Source: Phyllobates terribilis (Eukaryota). From it: 64,000 bases of DNA. A program made the translations under genes and the position numbers. This document shows, one piece after another, positions 51,401 through 64,000 of the stretch. The notes under the pieces were generated by a model that was not told the origin of the DNA, did not search any database, and saw only the letters and a list, made by a program, of their open reading frames with translations. Position 1 is the stretch's first letter. Every line of letters starts with the position of its first letter. Location of the stretch: assembly GCF_046119375.1 (NCBI RefSeq), contig NW_027362768.1, positions 367,598,001-367,662,000 of the forward strand. The letters run 5' to 3'.

Positions 51401-54400
51401 GCCCGTGCACATAGCCGCAGTGTGCCAGACAGTAGTGCTGTGTATATAGTGCCCGTGCACACAGCTGCAGCATGCCAGACAGTTGTGCTGTGTATATAGT
51501 GCCCGTGCACATAGCCGCAGCGTGCCAGACAGTTGTGCTGTGTATATAGTGCCCGTGCACATAGCCGCAGCGTGCCAGACAGTAGTGCTGTGTATATAGT
51601 GCCCGTGCACATAGCCGCAGCGTGCCAGACAGTAGTGCTGTGTATATAGTGCCCGTGCACATAGCCGCAGCGTGCCAGACAGTAGTGCTGTGTATATAGT
51701 GCCCGTGCACATAGCCGCAGCGTGCCAGACAGTTGTGCTGTGTATATAGTGCCCGTGCACATAGCCGCAGCGTACCAGACAGTAGTGCTGTGTATATAGT
51801 GCCCGTGCACATAGCCACAGCGTACCAGACAGTAGTGCTGTGTATATAGTGCCCGTGCACATAGCCGCAGCGTACCAGACAGTAGTGCTGTGTATATAGT
51901 GCCCGTGCACATAGCCGCAGCGTACCAGACAGTAGTGCTGTGTATATAGTGCCTGTGCACATAGCCGCAGCGTACCAGACAGTAGTGCTGTGTATATAAT
52001 GCCCGTGCACATAGCCGCAGCGTGCCAGACAGTAGTGCTGTGTATATAGTGCCCGTGCACATAGCCGCAGCGTACCAGACAGTTGTACTGTGTATATAGT
52101 GCCCGTGCACATAGCCGCAGCGTACCAGACAGTTGTGCTGTGTATATAGTGCCCGTGCACATGGCCACAGCGTGCCAGATAGTTGTGCTGTGTATATAGT
52201 GCCCGTGCACATAGCTGCAGCATGCCAGACAGTTGTGCTGTGTATATAGTGCCCGTGCACACAGCTGCAGCATGCCAGACAGTTGTGCTGTGTATATAGT
52301 GCCTGTGCACATAGCTGCAGCATGCCAGACAGTTGTGCTGTGTATATAGTGCCCGTGCAAATAGCTGCAGCGTGCCAGACAGTTGTGCTGTGTATATAGT
52401 GCCCGTGCACATAGCTGCAGCGTGCCAGACAGTTGTGCTGTGTATATAGTGCCCGTGCACACAGCTGCAGCGTGCCAGACAGTTGTGCTGTGTATATAGT
52501 GCCCGTGCACATAGCTGCAGCGTGCCAGACAGTTGTGCTGTGTATATAGTGCCCGTGCACATAGCTGCAGCGTGCCAGACAGTTGTGCTGTGTATATAGT
52601 GCCCGTGCACACAGCTGCAGCATGCCAGACAGTTGTGCTGTGTATATAGTGCCCGTGCACATGGCCGCAGCATGCCAGACAGTTGTGCTGTGTATATAGT
52701 GCCCGTGCACATGGCCGCAGCGTGCCAGACAGTTGTGCTGTGTATATAGTGCCCGTGCACATAGCCGCAGCGTGCCAGACAGTTGTGCTGTGTATATAGT
52801 GCCCGTGCACATAGCTGCAGCGTGCCAGACAGTTGTGCTGTGTATATAGTGCCCGTGCACACAGCTGCAGCATGCCAGACAGTTGTGCTGTGTATATAGT
52901 GCCCGTGCACACAGCCGCAGCGTGCCAGACAGTTGTGCTGTGTATATAGTGCCCGTGCACATAGCCGCAGCGTACCAGACAGTTGTGCTGTGTATATAGT
53001 GCCCGTGCACATGGCCACAGCGTGCCAGATAGTTGTGCTGTGTATATAGTGCCTGTGCACATAGCTGCAGCGTGCCAGACAGTTGTGCTGTGTATATAGT
53101 GCCCGTGCACATAGCCGCAGCGTGCCAGACAGTTGTGCTGTGTATATAGTGCCCGTGCAAATAGCTGCAGCGTGCCAGACAGTTGTGCTGTGTATATAGT
53201 GCCCGTGCAAATAGCTGCAGCATGCCAGACAGTTGTGCTGTGTATATAGTGCCCGTGCACACAGCTGCAGCGTGCCAGACAGTTGTGCTGTGTATATAGT
53301 GCCCGTGCACATAGCTGCAGCATGCCAGACAGTTGTGCTGTGTATATAGTGCCCGTGCACACAGCTGCAGCGTGCCAGACAGTTGTGCTGTGTATATAGT
53401 GCCCGTGCACATAGCTGCAGCATGCCAGACAGTTGTGCTGTGTATATAGTGCCCGTGCACATGGCCGCAGCATGCCAGACAGTTGTGCTGTGTATATAGT
53501 GCCCGTGCACATGGCCGCAGCGTGCCAGACAGTTGTGCTGTGTATATAGTGCCCGTGCACATAGCCGCAGCGTGCCAGACAGTTGTGCTGTGTATATAGT
53601 GCCCGTGCACATAGCTGCAGCGTGCCAGACAGTTGTGCTGTGTATATAGTGCCCGTGCACACAGCTGCAGCATGCCAGACAGTTGTGCTGTGTATATAGT
53701 GCCCGTGCACACAGCCGCAGCGTGCCAGACAGTTGTGCTGTGTATATAGTGCCCGTGCACATAGCTGCAGCGTGCCAGACAGTTGTGCTGTGTATATAGT
53801 GCCCGTGCACATAGCCGCAGCGTACCAGACAGTTGTGCTGTGTATATAGTGCCCGTGCACACAGCCGCAGCGTGCCAGACAGTTGTGCTGTGTATATAGT
53901 GCCCGTGCACATAGCCGCAGCGTGCCAGACAGTTGTGCTGTGTATATAGTGCCCGTGCACACAGCCGCAGCGTGCCAGACAGTTGTGCTGTGTATATAGT
54001 GCCCGTGCACATAGCTGCAGCGTGCCAGACAGTTGTGCTGTGTATATAGTGCCCGTGCACACAGCCGCAGCGTGCCAGACAGTTGTGCTGTGTATATAGT
54101 GCCCGTGCACATAGCCGCAGCGTGCCAGACAGTTGTGCTGTGTATATAGTGCCCGTGCACATAGCCGCAGCGTACCAGACAGTAGTGCTGTGTATATAGT
54201 GCCCGTGCACATAGCTGCAGCGTGCCAGACAGTTGTGCTGTGTATATAGTGCCCGTGCACTTAGCAGCGATGTACTAGACTGTGATTTTCCACATGGGCC
54301 TGCATTAGTCTCATCCATTTTACAGACAAGACAGAGCTTGTGGAGGCAGCGGCTGCACCCATCCAAGGTGTAGATGAGGACATGGAGCTACACGCAACCG

Positions 54401-57400
54401 GTTACACAACTGAACTGATAATTCTAACGCTCATCTGAACATTGCCAAAGGGCGATTCACACCAGCAGGTAACGTGCCGCAGTTTTTGGCCATGTGGTTT
54501 ATACATTTGTAAGCCCATAATTTCATGGTGTTTTACTTGTTTGTCTAATACCACAGCGCTGTATTTCTGCGCCATTTTTGCCCACGTGACCCATTTTCCT
54601 CATAAGTGAGTTCTGAAACAAGTCCTGCACCTGCGTCAGTTGGACGGGGCAGGGTATCAGTTACTGGATGTAAATAGTGTTTCCAGTCACTGACAGCAAA
54701 TATATCTTATATATAAAAAAAAAGGAAAATTCAAACAAAGTTTAATAAAAAGTTGCAGAAGTTTTCGATCAGCTTTATGGACAGAAAATTTGCAATTCAC
54801 TGAAATTTCCCCCCTACTTTTACCTTCCGGCAGAGCGTCTCTAGATACTGGTCTGCGTTGGCATAATAGACCGTGGAGGACGAGTGGAAGATTTTTATCC
54901 TTGGTATCTCCTTGGCCTGGAATATGGAAATGTATAAATAATAACTGTGTGCAGACGGCTGTACTCTATACGTAAGGTACATAAAATCAAGAACCTTCAC
55001 TAAGTACCAGTGGCTGTAATCTCCCTTTGCTGCAAGGAAACAGTTAACAAGCTTCTGTTGACGGATCTCGGATTAGTACTAGGAGTCCATGATGATGCCC
55101 TGCTGTAAATGGATTGTGGGTATGATTGCTTTACAGGGGATTATTGGGGTGGTCTGATCTTAAATTGGTAAAAAAAATTGCAAAATGCTTGGAAAAATAA
55201 GCAACTTAGCAATTTAAAAATCCTCTCTGTTCTCTTTTTAAACACAATAGTTTACGGCTTGTTGTCCAGATTACTGGCCACCTCTGAAGAGGTGGCCAGT
55301 GTCCTAGATGAGGACTAGATTACCACTTTAGTGCACCCTACAGCCTGGCACACTAGAGTTCCCTATGCAAATACCCAAAAGGTATTCACATGGCTGGAAG
55401 GGCTGAAACGGCTGCCGGGTATATACTCAAACAAGAAGTAAAATCCAAAACGACATCATTGTAAGATCCATCATCTTTTGCTTTCTTGCTTACTGACGGT
55501 CTCCACATAGCATCAGATGTTACAGCACGGAGTATTGTCAGTATTTTATAAGTAACGGTTACCTGATGACATCTTGACACGTCTCTGTAAATACTGGTTT
55601 CATATACTTGGCCCAAGATGGAGTAATTGGATCTGAAATGGCAAAGATTGCACCTCTGATGAGAGATCAGTAATAGACCAACCATGTAACAAAATGTTGA
55701 CGGGTCTCTGCTCCTCCCTACTGAGAATTTCACTCAAACTTATTACCCACCATTTAGTTAATTAATTTTATTATACATTTTTATAGGGGGAACTCTGTTT
55801 TCTCATGTTACAATTCTTTCTGCCTGCAGCCACCAGTAGGGGGAGCTCAATGCATATAATTTATACAGTCATTATACAGATTTATACAGCTCACTACATA
55901 CAGATATATGCAGCCAACATGAGGGGGACCTCACTCCATATTATTTATACAGCAACTATTAGGGGAGCTCACTACATACAGATACAGTATATACATCCAC
56001 CACGAGGGGTAGTTAACTCCATATAATTTATACAGCCACCACTAGGGGGAGCTCAATGCATATCGATTTATAAAGCCACCACTAGAGGGAGCTTGCTACA
56101 TATGATTTATACAACCACCACTAGGGAGAGTTCACTGGATACAGATTTATACAGCCACCACTAGAGGGAGCTGACTACATGTAGATTAATACAGCCACCA
56201 CTAGAGGCAGCTCACTGAATGCAGATTAATACAGCCACCACTAGAGGGAGCTCACTGAATGCAGATTAATACAGCCACCACTAGAGGCAGCTCACTCCAT
56301 ATGATTTGTACAGCCACCATTAGAGGCAGCTCACTGCATACAGATTTATACAGCCACCACTAGAGGCAGCTCACTCCATATGATTTGTACAGCCACCACT
56401 AGAGGGAGCTCACTACATACAGATTTATACAGCCACCACTAAGGGGAGCTCACTCCATATGATTTGTACAGCCACCACTAGAGGGAGCTCACTACATACA
56501 GATTTATACAGCCACCACTAGAGGCAGCTCACTGCATACAGATTTATACAGCCACCACTAGGGGGAGCTCACTCCATATGATTTATACAGCCACCACTAG
56601 GGGGAGCTCACTACATACAGATTTATACATCCACCACTAGAGGGAGCTCACTACATGTAGATTAATACAGCCACCACTAAGGGGAGCTCACTACATGTAG
56701 ATTAATACAGCCACCACTAGGGGGAGCTCACTGAATGCAGATTAATACAGCCACCACTAGGGGGAGCTCACTCCATATGATTTATACAGCCACCACTAGA
56801 GGGAGCTCACTGCATACAGATTTATACAGCCACCACTAAGGGGAGCTCACTACATGTAGATTTATACAGCCACCACTAGAGGCCGCTCACTGCATACAGA
56901 TTTATACAGCCACCACTAGAGGGAGCTCACTACATACAGATTTATACAGTCACCACTAGGGGGAGCTCACTGAATGCAGATTAATACAGCCACCACTAGG
57001 GGGAGCTCACTCCATATGATTTATACAGCCACCACTAGAGGGAGCTCACTGCATACAGATTTATACAGCCACCACTAAGGGGAGCTCACTACATGTAGAT
57101 TTATACAGCCACCACTAGAGGCCGCTCACTGCATACAGATTTATACAGCCACCACTAGAGGGAGCTCACTACATACAGATTTATACAGCCACCACTAGAG
57201 GGAGCTCACTACATACAGATTTATACAGCCACCACTAGGGGGAGCTCACTCCATATGATTTATACAGCCACCACTAGAGGCAGCTCACTGAATGCAGATT
57301 AATACAGCCACCACTAAGGGGAGCTCACTACATGTAGATTAATACAGCCACCACTAGAGGCAGCTCACTCCATATGATTTGTACAGCCACCACTAGAGGG

Positions 57401-60400
57401 AGCTCACTGCATACAGATTTATACAGCCACCACTAGGGGGAGCTCACTCCATATGATTTATACAGCCACCACTAGGGGGAGCTCACTACATACAGATTTA
57501 TACAGCCACCACTAGAGGGAGCTCATTACATATGATTTATACAGCTAGCGTAGAACTGACTGGAGACTATATGACTGCATGCACTGAGGAGATCCCCCTG
57601 GTGGTGGCTGCAGGCAGCTGCTATGATAGTATTATGGCAAGCATACAGGCACCATGTGGGGGGTACTGAGACTTATAATAGACTACTCACAGCTGTGTCC
57701 TGAAAATAACAGTCAGCAAGGAAAATGCAACAGAGACGGCCAGACCAATGTCCATATTGAACAGGATTGTGGCAGCAAATGTCACCAACCAGGTCAGCTA
57801 AACAGAATGCAAGAAATCAGTAAGTGAATAAGCAGAAAACAGTGCATCAGTCTGGAGTCACAGAGAATTGTCTGGTGTGGATTCAGCTGTAACAAAAATT
57901 TCCACTACGAGAAGTGTTCGGTCCATATCAGTATTCTATGGATGCTGGGTGAAGCCCTGCAAACAGCCAACAGCATCCCAACGGCCGGCGTCCCAGCGGC
58001 CGGCATCCCAGGCTTCACTTTTGATTAGTTGGCCTGGTGCAATGTCCTCTAAGCCACGTTCACACGTTCAGTATTTGGTCAGTATATCATATCAGTATTT
58101 GTAAGCCAAAACCAGGATTGGGTGAAAAATACAGAAGTGGTGACGAGTTTCTATTATACTTTTCCTCTGATTGTTCCACTAATAATTTTGGCCTACAAAC
58201 ACTGATGTAAAATACTGATCAAATACTGAACGTGTGAACGTGTCCTTACAGTGTGACACACTCCGCTTTATTTTAAAGGACAGCACCACACCTGTTTCAG
58301 GTTATATGTGGTATTGCAGTTCATCTCCATTCAATTGAATTTCGCCAAGCTGTAATACTAGATACAACCTGTGTACAGATGTGGCACTGTTTTTTGGAAG
58401 AAAGCCAGGCTTTTTATTATGAATAAACCCATTTAAGTTTAGCTACTAATTTCCAGTGGTGGTTAATAGTGTGTAGGAACTTCCATAGTGCACTTTGTGG
58501 GGTGAAGATGGTCTATCGCTCGATCCTCGTCACTCACCATGTCAATTTTGTTGCTTCTCCACAAGACACCAACTTCGGAGAACTGCTTAAACATCCCCTT
58601 TAAATTGACTATGATGACTGAAGCCAAAATGGCCTAAAAAAAAGGGGGAAAATGTGATATTAGGCGACTGCTATCTGAGTAATTGCAATCCCTACAATCT
58701 ATATATCTGATCACACAAAAATGGGAAATTGCTATTTAAACATTTTCAAAACCTATGTTACTAATAGACGTCTGGATCCCGTCACCTGGTGGAATGGATT
58801 GTGGGGACACCTGTAGGTTCGGACGGGAAGGCCCATGTGCAGGTGTGGGCCCCTACATGAGAAGTGTTTCTTCACTAGCCACATATTCCCATTATGCTCC
58901 GTGAACACGGATATACACGGGCGCTGCATTTACCTTTGGCAACTCCTGGAAAAGTTCCCCAGCTCGCAATATGATGACGAAGACAACAAAAGATGCTACT
59001 GCGCTGGCCACCTAGACATAGAAGATGGAGAAGAAATGTAATGAGGTTGTACAGTGTTAGAATAAGACAGCTGATTGCTTCTAAAATTACGCCACCCTTG
59101 TCTACAGGTTTTGAGTGGTATTGCAGGTCAGCCACATTCACCTGAATGGAGTTGGCCTCCAGTACCAAACACTACCATGAAACACCGTTTCTGGAAAAAA
59201 ACCAAAAAAAAACAGGCAGCCATTTTTTTTTAATTGCATCCCTTTTAAGATATAGTAAAATATATTCTAAATCATTGATCTCCCAACATGCAGCTCATCA
59301 TCTGTAGTAAAATGATCACTCCCAACATCCGCCGACAACTTCATGGTGTCAGAACTTGCTGGGAGTTGCATAATGTATGGTGGCCATATTGGTTGTCGTC
59401 ACCCAGCTTTCCCAGGGAGTGGGATAGATATAACTAGATCACACACCTGAGTGTTTCCTCCAGTACTTTCCTGGACCAGAGACCTGGACACAGAGGCACT
59501 AATGGCGAAACACTGGAAAAAGCTGCCAACGAAGTTACTGAAGCCGATGGCAATGAGCTCCTGTAATAAAACAATGGAGAATCATGGGGAAAAACAACAT
59601 ATTTATGCAAGGTCACCCCAAAAATTCAGCAGCCATCTATAACCCCCCCATCATTCAGAAGGTGACTTCTCCGGTGTGTTACAATTGGCTATAATGGCTC
59701 ACCTGGTTACTGTCCACTTTGTAACCGTGCTTTGAGGCAAACACTTTCCCCAAGGAGATGGTTATGGCGTAGCCCACCACGGCAATGGTGAAGGCGTTTC
59801 CAACAATATCTCCCAACAGGCTGAAATCCGGTAACATCGGGAGCTTTAATCTAAAACATATAATGTGATTCAGTGCTGTTTATTTAAAGCGACAATCAAA
59901 TAACAATTAGATAAAAAGTAGTTACTTGCAGTCCAAAATTCTGCACCAATTTCATTTCAAAATATAACAAACTTACTTTTTTCACCTATATAGATAAGTA
60001 AAGGATAAAAAACTGTTTACCTGCAGCCACCACTAGAGGGAGCTTTTGTAAGTTTAATGGGAGCTGTATAAATTCTTGTACACTGAGCTCCCTCTAGTTT
60101 CTAGACAGAAATTAAAGTTTTCTTTAATAAATATTTGCCGGATGATTAGCGGTCATATTTCTATTACTCACCCCACAGGGATGTGCCCAACATTCTCAAT
60201 CCCAAATTTTTTATCAAGTCCAACAGCATATGATACTCCAGTAGAGACAATGAGCTGAAAGTAGCAAGATTTACTAATTACAAGGTTGTGTAAACCTTCA
60301 CGCAGAATTTTTTTTTACTGTTTATTTTCTATTTTGCTAGATTTTACAAGCATTTTGCAATTTTATCCATTTAAGAACATGAGACGACCCTTTTACGCAA

Positions 60401-63400
60401 CCTTCTAAATAGTTTTTTTTCCACGAAAACTATCAATTTGCTGCAGTAGAGTGTATGCAAGTCCTTTATCTAACTCAGTGCTCTGCAAAAAGGTTATGAA
60501 ACCATCAGAGTTCCTGATTTTGACTCGCACTGCTCTCCCCCACCCCCTGTGTCACAGATCTCAAGTGCGGAGAAAGGGAGAAAGCATGTGCAGTCTCAGA
60601 TAGGGCAGAGAAAACAAGTTGTAGATAAGAAGGAAAGTACACGAAGAGGAAATAATTGAAGGATAGAAGCTGTGCTGATATATAAGTTAATGAAGACTGC
60701 AGCACTCAGGATGCACACAGACCCCATATCCAACCTATATTACTGGGAGAGTCACTCCCGCAAGAGAAAAATCTGAAACCTGGATCAGGCTGCAACCTGC
60801 ATTTCAAGGAGGTCTAAAAAATAATAAATTAACGAATGACAATTGCAGTCTTAAAGCTAGTGCTATTTTATTAACTTCTAACATAATTTTTCCATGTCAA
60901 AAGTGTCCATAGCCTTTAAATCATTCTACAGATCTCTCAATAGGAAAATGTCTGTAATAGGGTGCAAGGGTTAAAGGGCATGGCAGGCTATACAGGAATT
61001 TTTGGGTCAGGCCAGTGGTGGGACCCCTAGCAGGTGGAATGTTATCACCAATCAATCGATTTTTTTTTTTTAATCCCGATTGCTTTCTTCCTGAAACAGC
61101 GCCACACTTGTCTACAGGTTGTGTCAGGTATTGCAACCAAGCTATATTTACTTCAATAGAGCGGAGTAGTAATACTTGGACAGTTATGAAGCTACATCTG
61201 GGAGAACGCAGTCATGTTTTTCTCACTTTGTGCCATCCAGTTATTATTCTGGAATCTGAGAAAGCTGGCTGTCAACATGCCAGGGTGAGTGGGAGTATCA
61301 TACTACTTTGTCACCCTACTTTCCCAAAACCAGATAAAAATTAACAAATGAAAATGTAAAGAACTTTATATATGAGATTTACCATGATCAGTTCAATGGG
61401 AACTGGAATAATAAGTTTGGAAGTAAACTTCTCATTCAGAAACTTCATTAGCAAGAGGACGACGATGGCGATGATGCTGGTGACCAATGAGCCGATATTG
61501 GTTTCTGTAATTCTCGAGAAGATCTTAACGATGGTCTAGATAGGAGGGAAGAAAACAGAGAAACCTAATAAAGATTCAATATCAATGTCGTCTTCATTGA
61601 ACGCAATCGAGTCGAGAGGTTGTCTCCAAAGTAGATGTATAAAACAGAATCATTCCCTGTAATATAACTTACATATATTAATGACAACGGCTCCGTCTTC
61701 TGGCTCATTCTAATACCAAAGAGGTATTTCAGTTGGGACACCAGCACGTGGACAGCCGATGCCGTAGTGTAGCCACTTATTAGGGGGTCCGAGAGATAGG
61801 TGACCACACACCCAAACTGAACGAGACCCAGAGCTATCTATGAATGGGAGTAAAGGGTTAATAGAAATCAGCACCAACTATAGATGTAAAAAACATCAAT
61901 ACAATACATTACTTATCCCGTACTCCTGAATTAAAGACAGTATTTTACTCCAGAGCTGCACTCGCTATTCTGCTGGTGCAGTCACTGTGTACATACATTA
62001 CATTACTGATCCTGAGTTACATCCTTTATTATACTCCAGAGCTGCACTCACTATTCTGCTGCTGGAGTCACTGTGTACATACATTACATTACTGATCCTG
62101 AGTTACATCCTGTATTATACTCCAGAGCTGTACTCATTATTCTGCTGGTGCAGTCCCCGTGTACATACATTACATTACTGATCCTGAGTTACATCCTGTA
62201 TTATACTCCAGAGCTGCACTCACTATTCTGCTGGTGCAGTCACTGTGTACATACATTACATTACTGATCCTGAGTTACATCCTTTATTATACTCCAGAGC
62301 TGCACTCACTATTCTGCTGCTGGAGTCACTGTGTACATACATTACATTACTGATCCTGAGTTACATCCTGTATTATACTCCAGAGCTGCACTCACTATTC
62401 TGCTGGTGCAGTCACTGTGTACATACATTACATTACTGATCCTGTACTGATCCTGAGTTACATCCTGTATTATACTCCAGAGCTGCACTCACTATTCTGC
62501 TGGTGCAGTCACTGTGTACATGCATTACATTACTGATCCTTTACTGATCCTGAGTTACATGCTGTATTATACTCCAGAGCTGTGCTCACTATTCTGCTGG
62601 TGCAGTCACTGTGTACATACATTACATTACTGATCCCGAGTTACCTCCTGCATTATACTCCAGAGCTGCACTCACTATTCAACTGGTGCAGTCACTGTGT
62701 ACATACATTACATTACTTATCCTGTACTGATCCTGAGTTACATCCTGTATTATACTCCAGAGCTGCACTCACTATTCTGCTGGTACAGTCCCTGTGTACA
62801 TACATTACATTACTGATCCTGTACTGATCCTGAGTTACATGCTGTATTATACTCGAGAGCTGCACTCACTATTCTGCTGGTGCAGTCACTGTGTACATAC
62901 ATTACATTACTGATCCTGAGTTACCTCCTGTATTATACTCCAGAGCTGCACTCACTATTCTGCTGGTGCAGTCACTGTGTACATACATTACATCTTTTAT
63001 CAGTACAGGATAATTAATGTAATGTCCACCAGCAGAATAGGGAGTACAGCTCTGAAGAATAATACAGGATCTAACTCAGGATCAGTACAGGATAAATCAT
63101 GGAATGCATTTAAAACTTTTGGTGCTTTGCAATTAAACATTAAAATGACAATCAGTTTTATCAAAAGTACACATGAAAATAATTTAAAAAAAAAACGTTG
63201 TAATAAATCTGATTCTTTCTCCTCCTGTACTGATTTTTCACTCTCAACTCATGGGTAAAATGTGTATTCAGTGAAGACGGATTTTCCCATTGCGGAGATA
63301 AGAGATGGCAGTTGGTGCTCATAAGATTCTATGGAGATGGGAGGAGATGGAGGGAGGGCCTAGAGGCAGACACAGACATTCTTCTGCAAGTTTACCTGAA

Positions 63401-63926
63401 ATGACAGCTACACATTAATTTTAGTCTCAGGGGACCTAGCAGCAGAATTCCCCTGGCTTCTCCTTCCCTCTGCATAGAATCTTATGAGCACCAACTGTGA
63501 TCTCCTCTCTCAATAATGGAAAAATCAGTCTTCGCTGAACACAGATTTTACCCATGAATTGAGAGTGAAACATCAGTCCAGGAGGAGAAAGAAGCAGATT
63601 TATTTTATAACATATGTTACAAAGTTTCCTATTTTCATCTGTACTATTGATTTATGGAGAAAATAAATAAATTAAATGACAGTTACTCTTTAAAGTTCAA
63701 AATTATAATTGCAAATTTAGCAAGTACATTATTAGAGTTATTACATAATGATATCTTACTTGAAAGAGTCCTACAAGAAATGCCAGAGCCATAGAGAGCT
63801 CCACTCTCATCAGGTCTCTGGCAGCCAGGTCTATATTTGTTGAGTTGTCTCCAAGTAGGAAGTTTTCATTGGGCGCCAAAGATTCGGTCACACTGGCGAT
63901 CATGACACACACTACCGCAAATGTAC
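48444..63926 (-). CDS. SLC26A6: SLC26 anion exchanger, most like SLC26A6; last 17 exons, 5' part outside the window
   Basis: Exons 63926-63760, 61837-61673, 61535-61383, 60254-60172, 59850-59703, 59560-59447, 59011-58934, 58633-58538, 57797-57691, 55632-55563, 54916-54824, 50808-50695, 50504-50436, 50286-50101, 49572-49518, 49343-49207 and 48467-48444. All introns are GT-AG with consistent phases. Motifs [34 protein letters not shown] and [22 protein letters not shown] favour A6 over other paralogs. Confidence 0.88.
48887..49080. mobile_element. PIF/Harbinger-type MITE, copy 1
   Basis: TIR GGCCACGTTCACACGTTCAGTATTTGGTCAGTATTTTACATCAGTAT, with ATA on both flanks. Confidence 0.9.
50870..54260. 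repeat. 50 bp minisatellite in an SLC26A6 intron, about 65 units
   Basis: Unit GCCCGTGCACATAGC(T/C)GCAGCGTGCCAGACAGT(T/A)GTGCTGTGTATATAGT, with degenerate units at 50870-50990. Confidence 0.97.
55822..57618. repeat. 39/40 bp minisatellite (about 43 units) closed by an inverted arm; MITE-associated
   Basis: Unit TTTATACAGCCACCACTAG(A/G)GGGAGCTCACTACATACAGA. The left GCCTGCAGCCACCAGTAGGGGGAG is mirrored by CCCCCTGGTGGTGGCTGCAGGC at about 57595-57617. Confidence 0.92.
58052..58245. mobile_element. PIF/Harbinger-type MITE, copy 2, inverted relative to copy 1
   Basis: Same TIR family as 48887-49080, the interior is the reverse complement of copy 1, and the flanks are CTA and TTA. Confidence 0.85.
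60395..60915. mobile_element. Unexpanded TTAA-type MITE carrying one copy of the 37/39 bp unit
   Basis: Ends CATGTCAAAAGTGTCCATAGCCTTTAA. The reverse complement of 60714-60751 reads CTCTCCCAGTAATATAGGTTGGATATGGGGTCTGTGTG. Confidence 0.75.
61900..63100. repeat. 86 bp (some 97 bp) tandem repeat, about 12 units, followed by an inverted degenerate unit
   Basis: ORF-track starts recur every 86 bp (61987, 62073, 62159, 62245), and 63000-63095 is a reverse-complement unit. Confidence 0.92.
63165..63694. mobile_element. Long-armed palindromic TTAA-type MITE
   Basis: Arms at about 63165-63335 and about 63470-63648 are complementary (GTTGGTGCTCATAAGATTCTATG / CATAGAATCTTATGAGCACCAAC). The right end is GACAGTTACTCTTTAA and the left terminus is degenerate. 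Confidence 0.7.
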
Positions 63927-64000
63927 CTGGGCGACATAAAAATAAAAATCATGAAATATCCGTTCCAGCTTAATTAAAAAGGGCCACCAAGTCTAAAATC

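Noticed and set aside
50866-54366. ORFs of 1078-1166 aa as a large novel protein
   Set aside because: They are translations of a 50 bp tandem repeat inside an SLC26A6 intron, open in all three frames.

Overview
Vertebrate genomic DNA, most likely from a frog (inferred from the repeat and MITE content). Three spliced genes were reconstructed by hand with consistent GT-AG boundaries and phases. DALRD3 (+, 13 coding exons, 541 aa) and WDR6 (-, 6 coding exons, 1053 aa) are convergent, and the last 17 exons of SLC26A6 (-) continue off the right edge. The window opens with a nearly intact L2-type LINE that ends about 140 bp before the DALRD3 ATG. Roughly a third of the window is minisatellite (35/36, 37/39, 38, 39/40, 50 and 86 bp units), and the very long ORFs in the track come from these arrays. 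Two observations stand out. First, a candidate unannotated three-exon gene (about 271 aa, -) lies between DALRD3 and WDR6, bracketed by two same-orientation arrays of one minisatellite. Second, several arrays grew inside small DNA transposons: the 7 kb array in WDR6 intron 5 sits in a TTAA-type MITE whose unexpanded, single-unit relative is present at about 60.4-60.9 kb. Gene and family names rest on recalled sequence knowledge; no database search was run.
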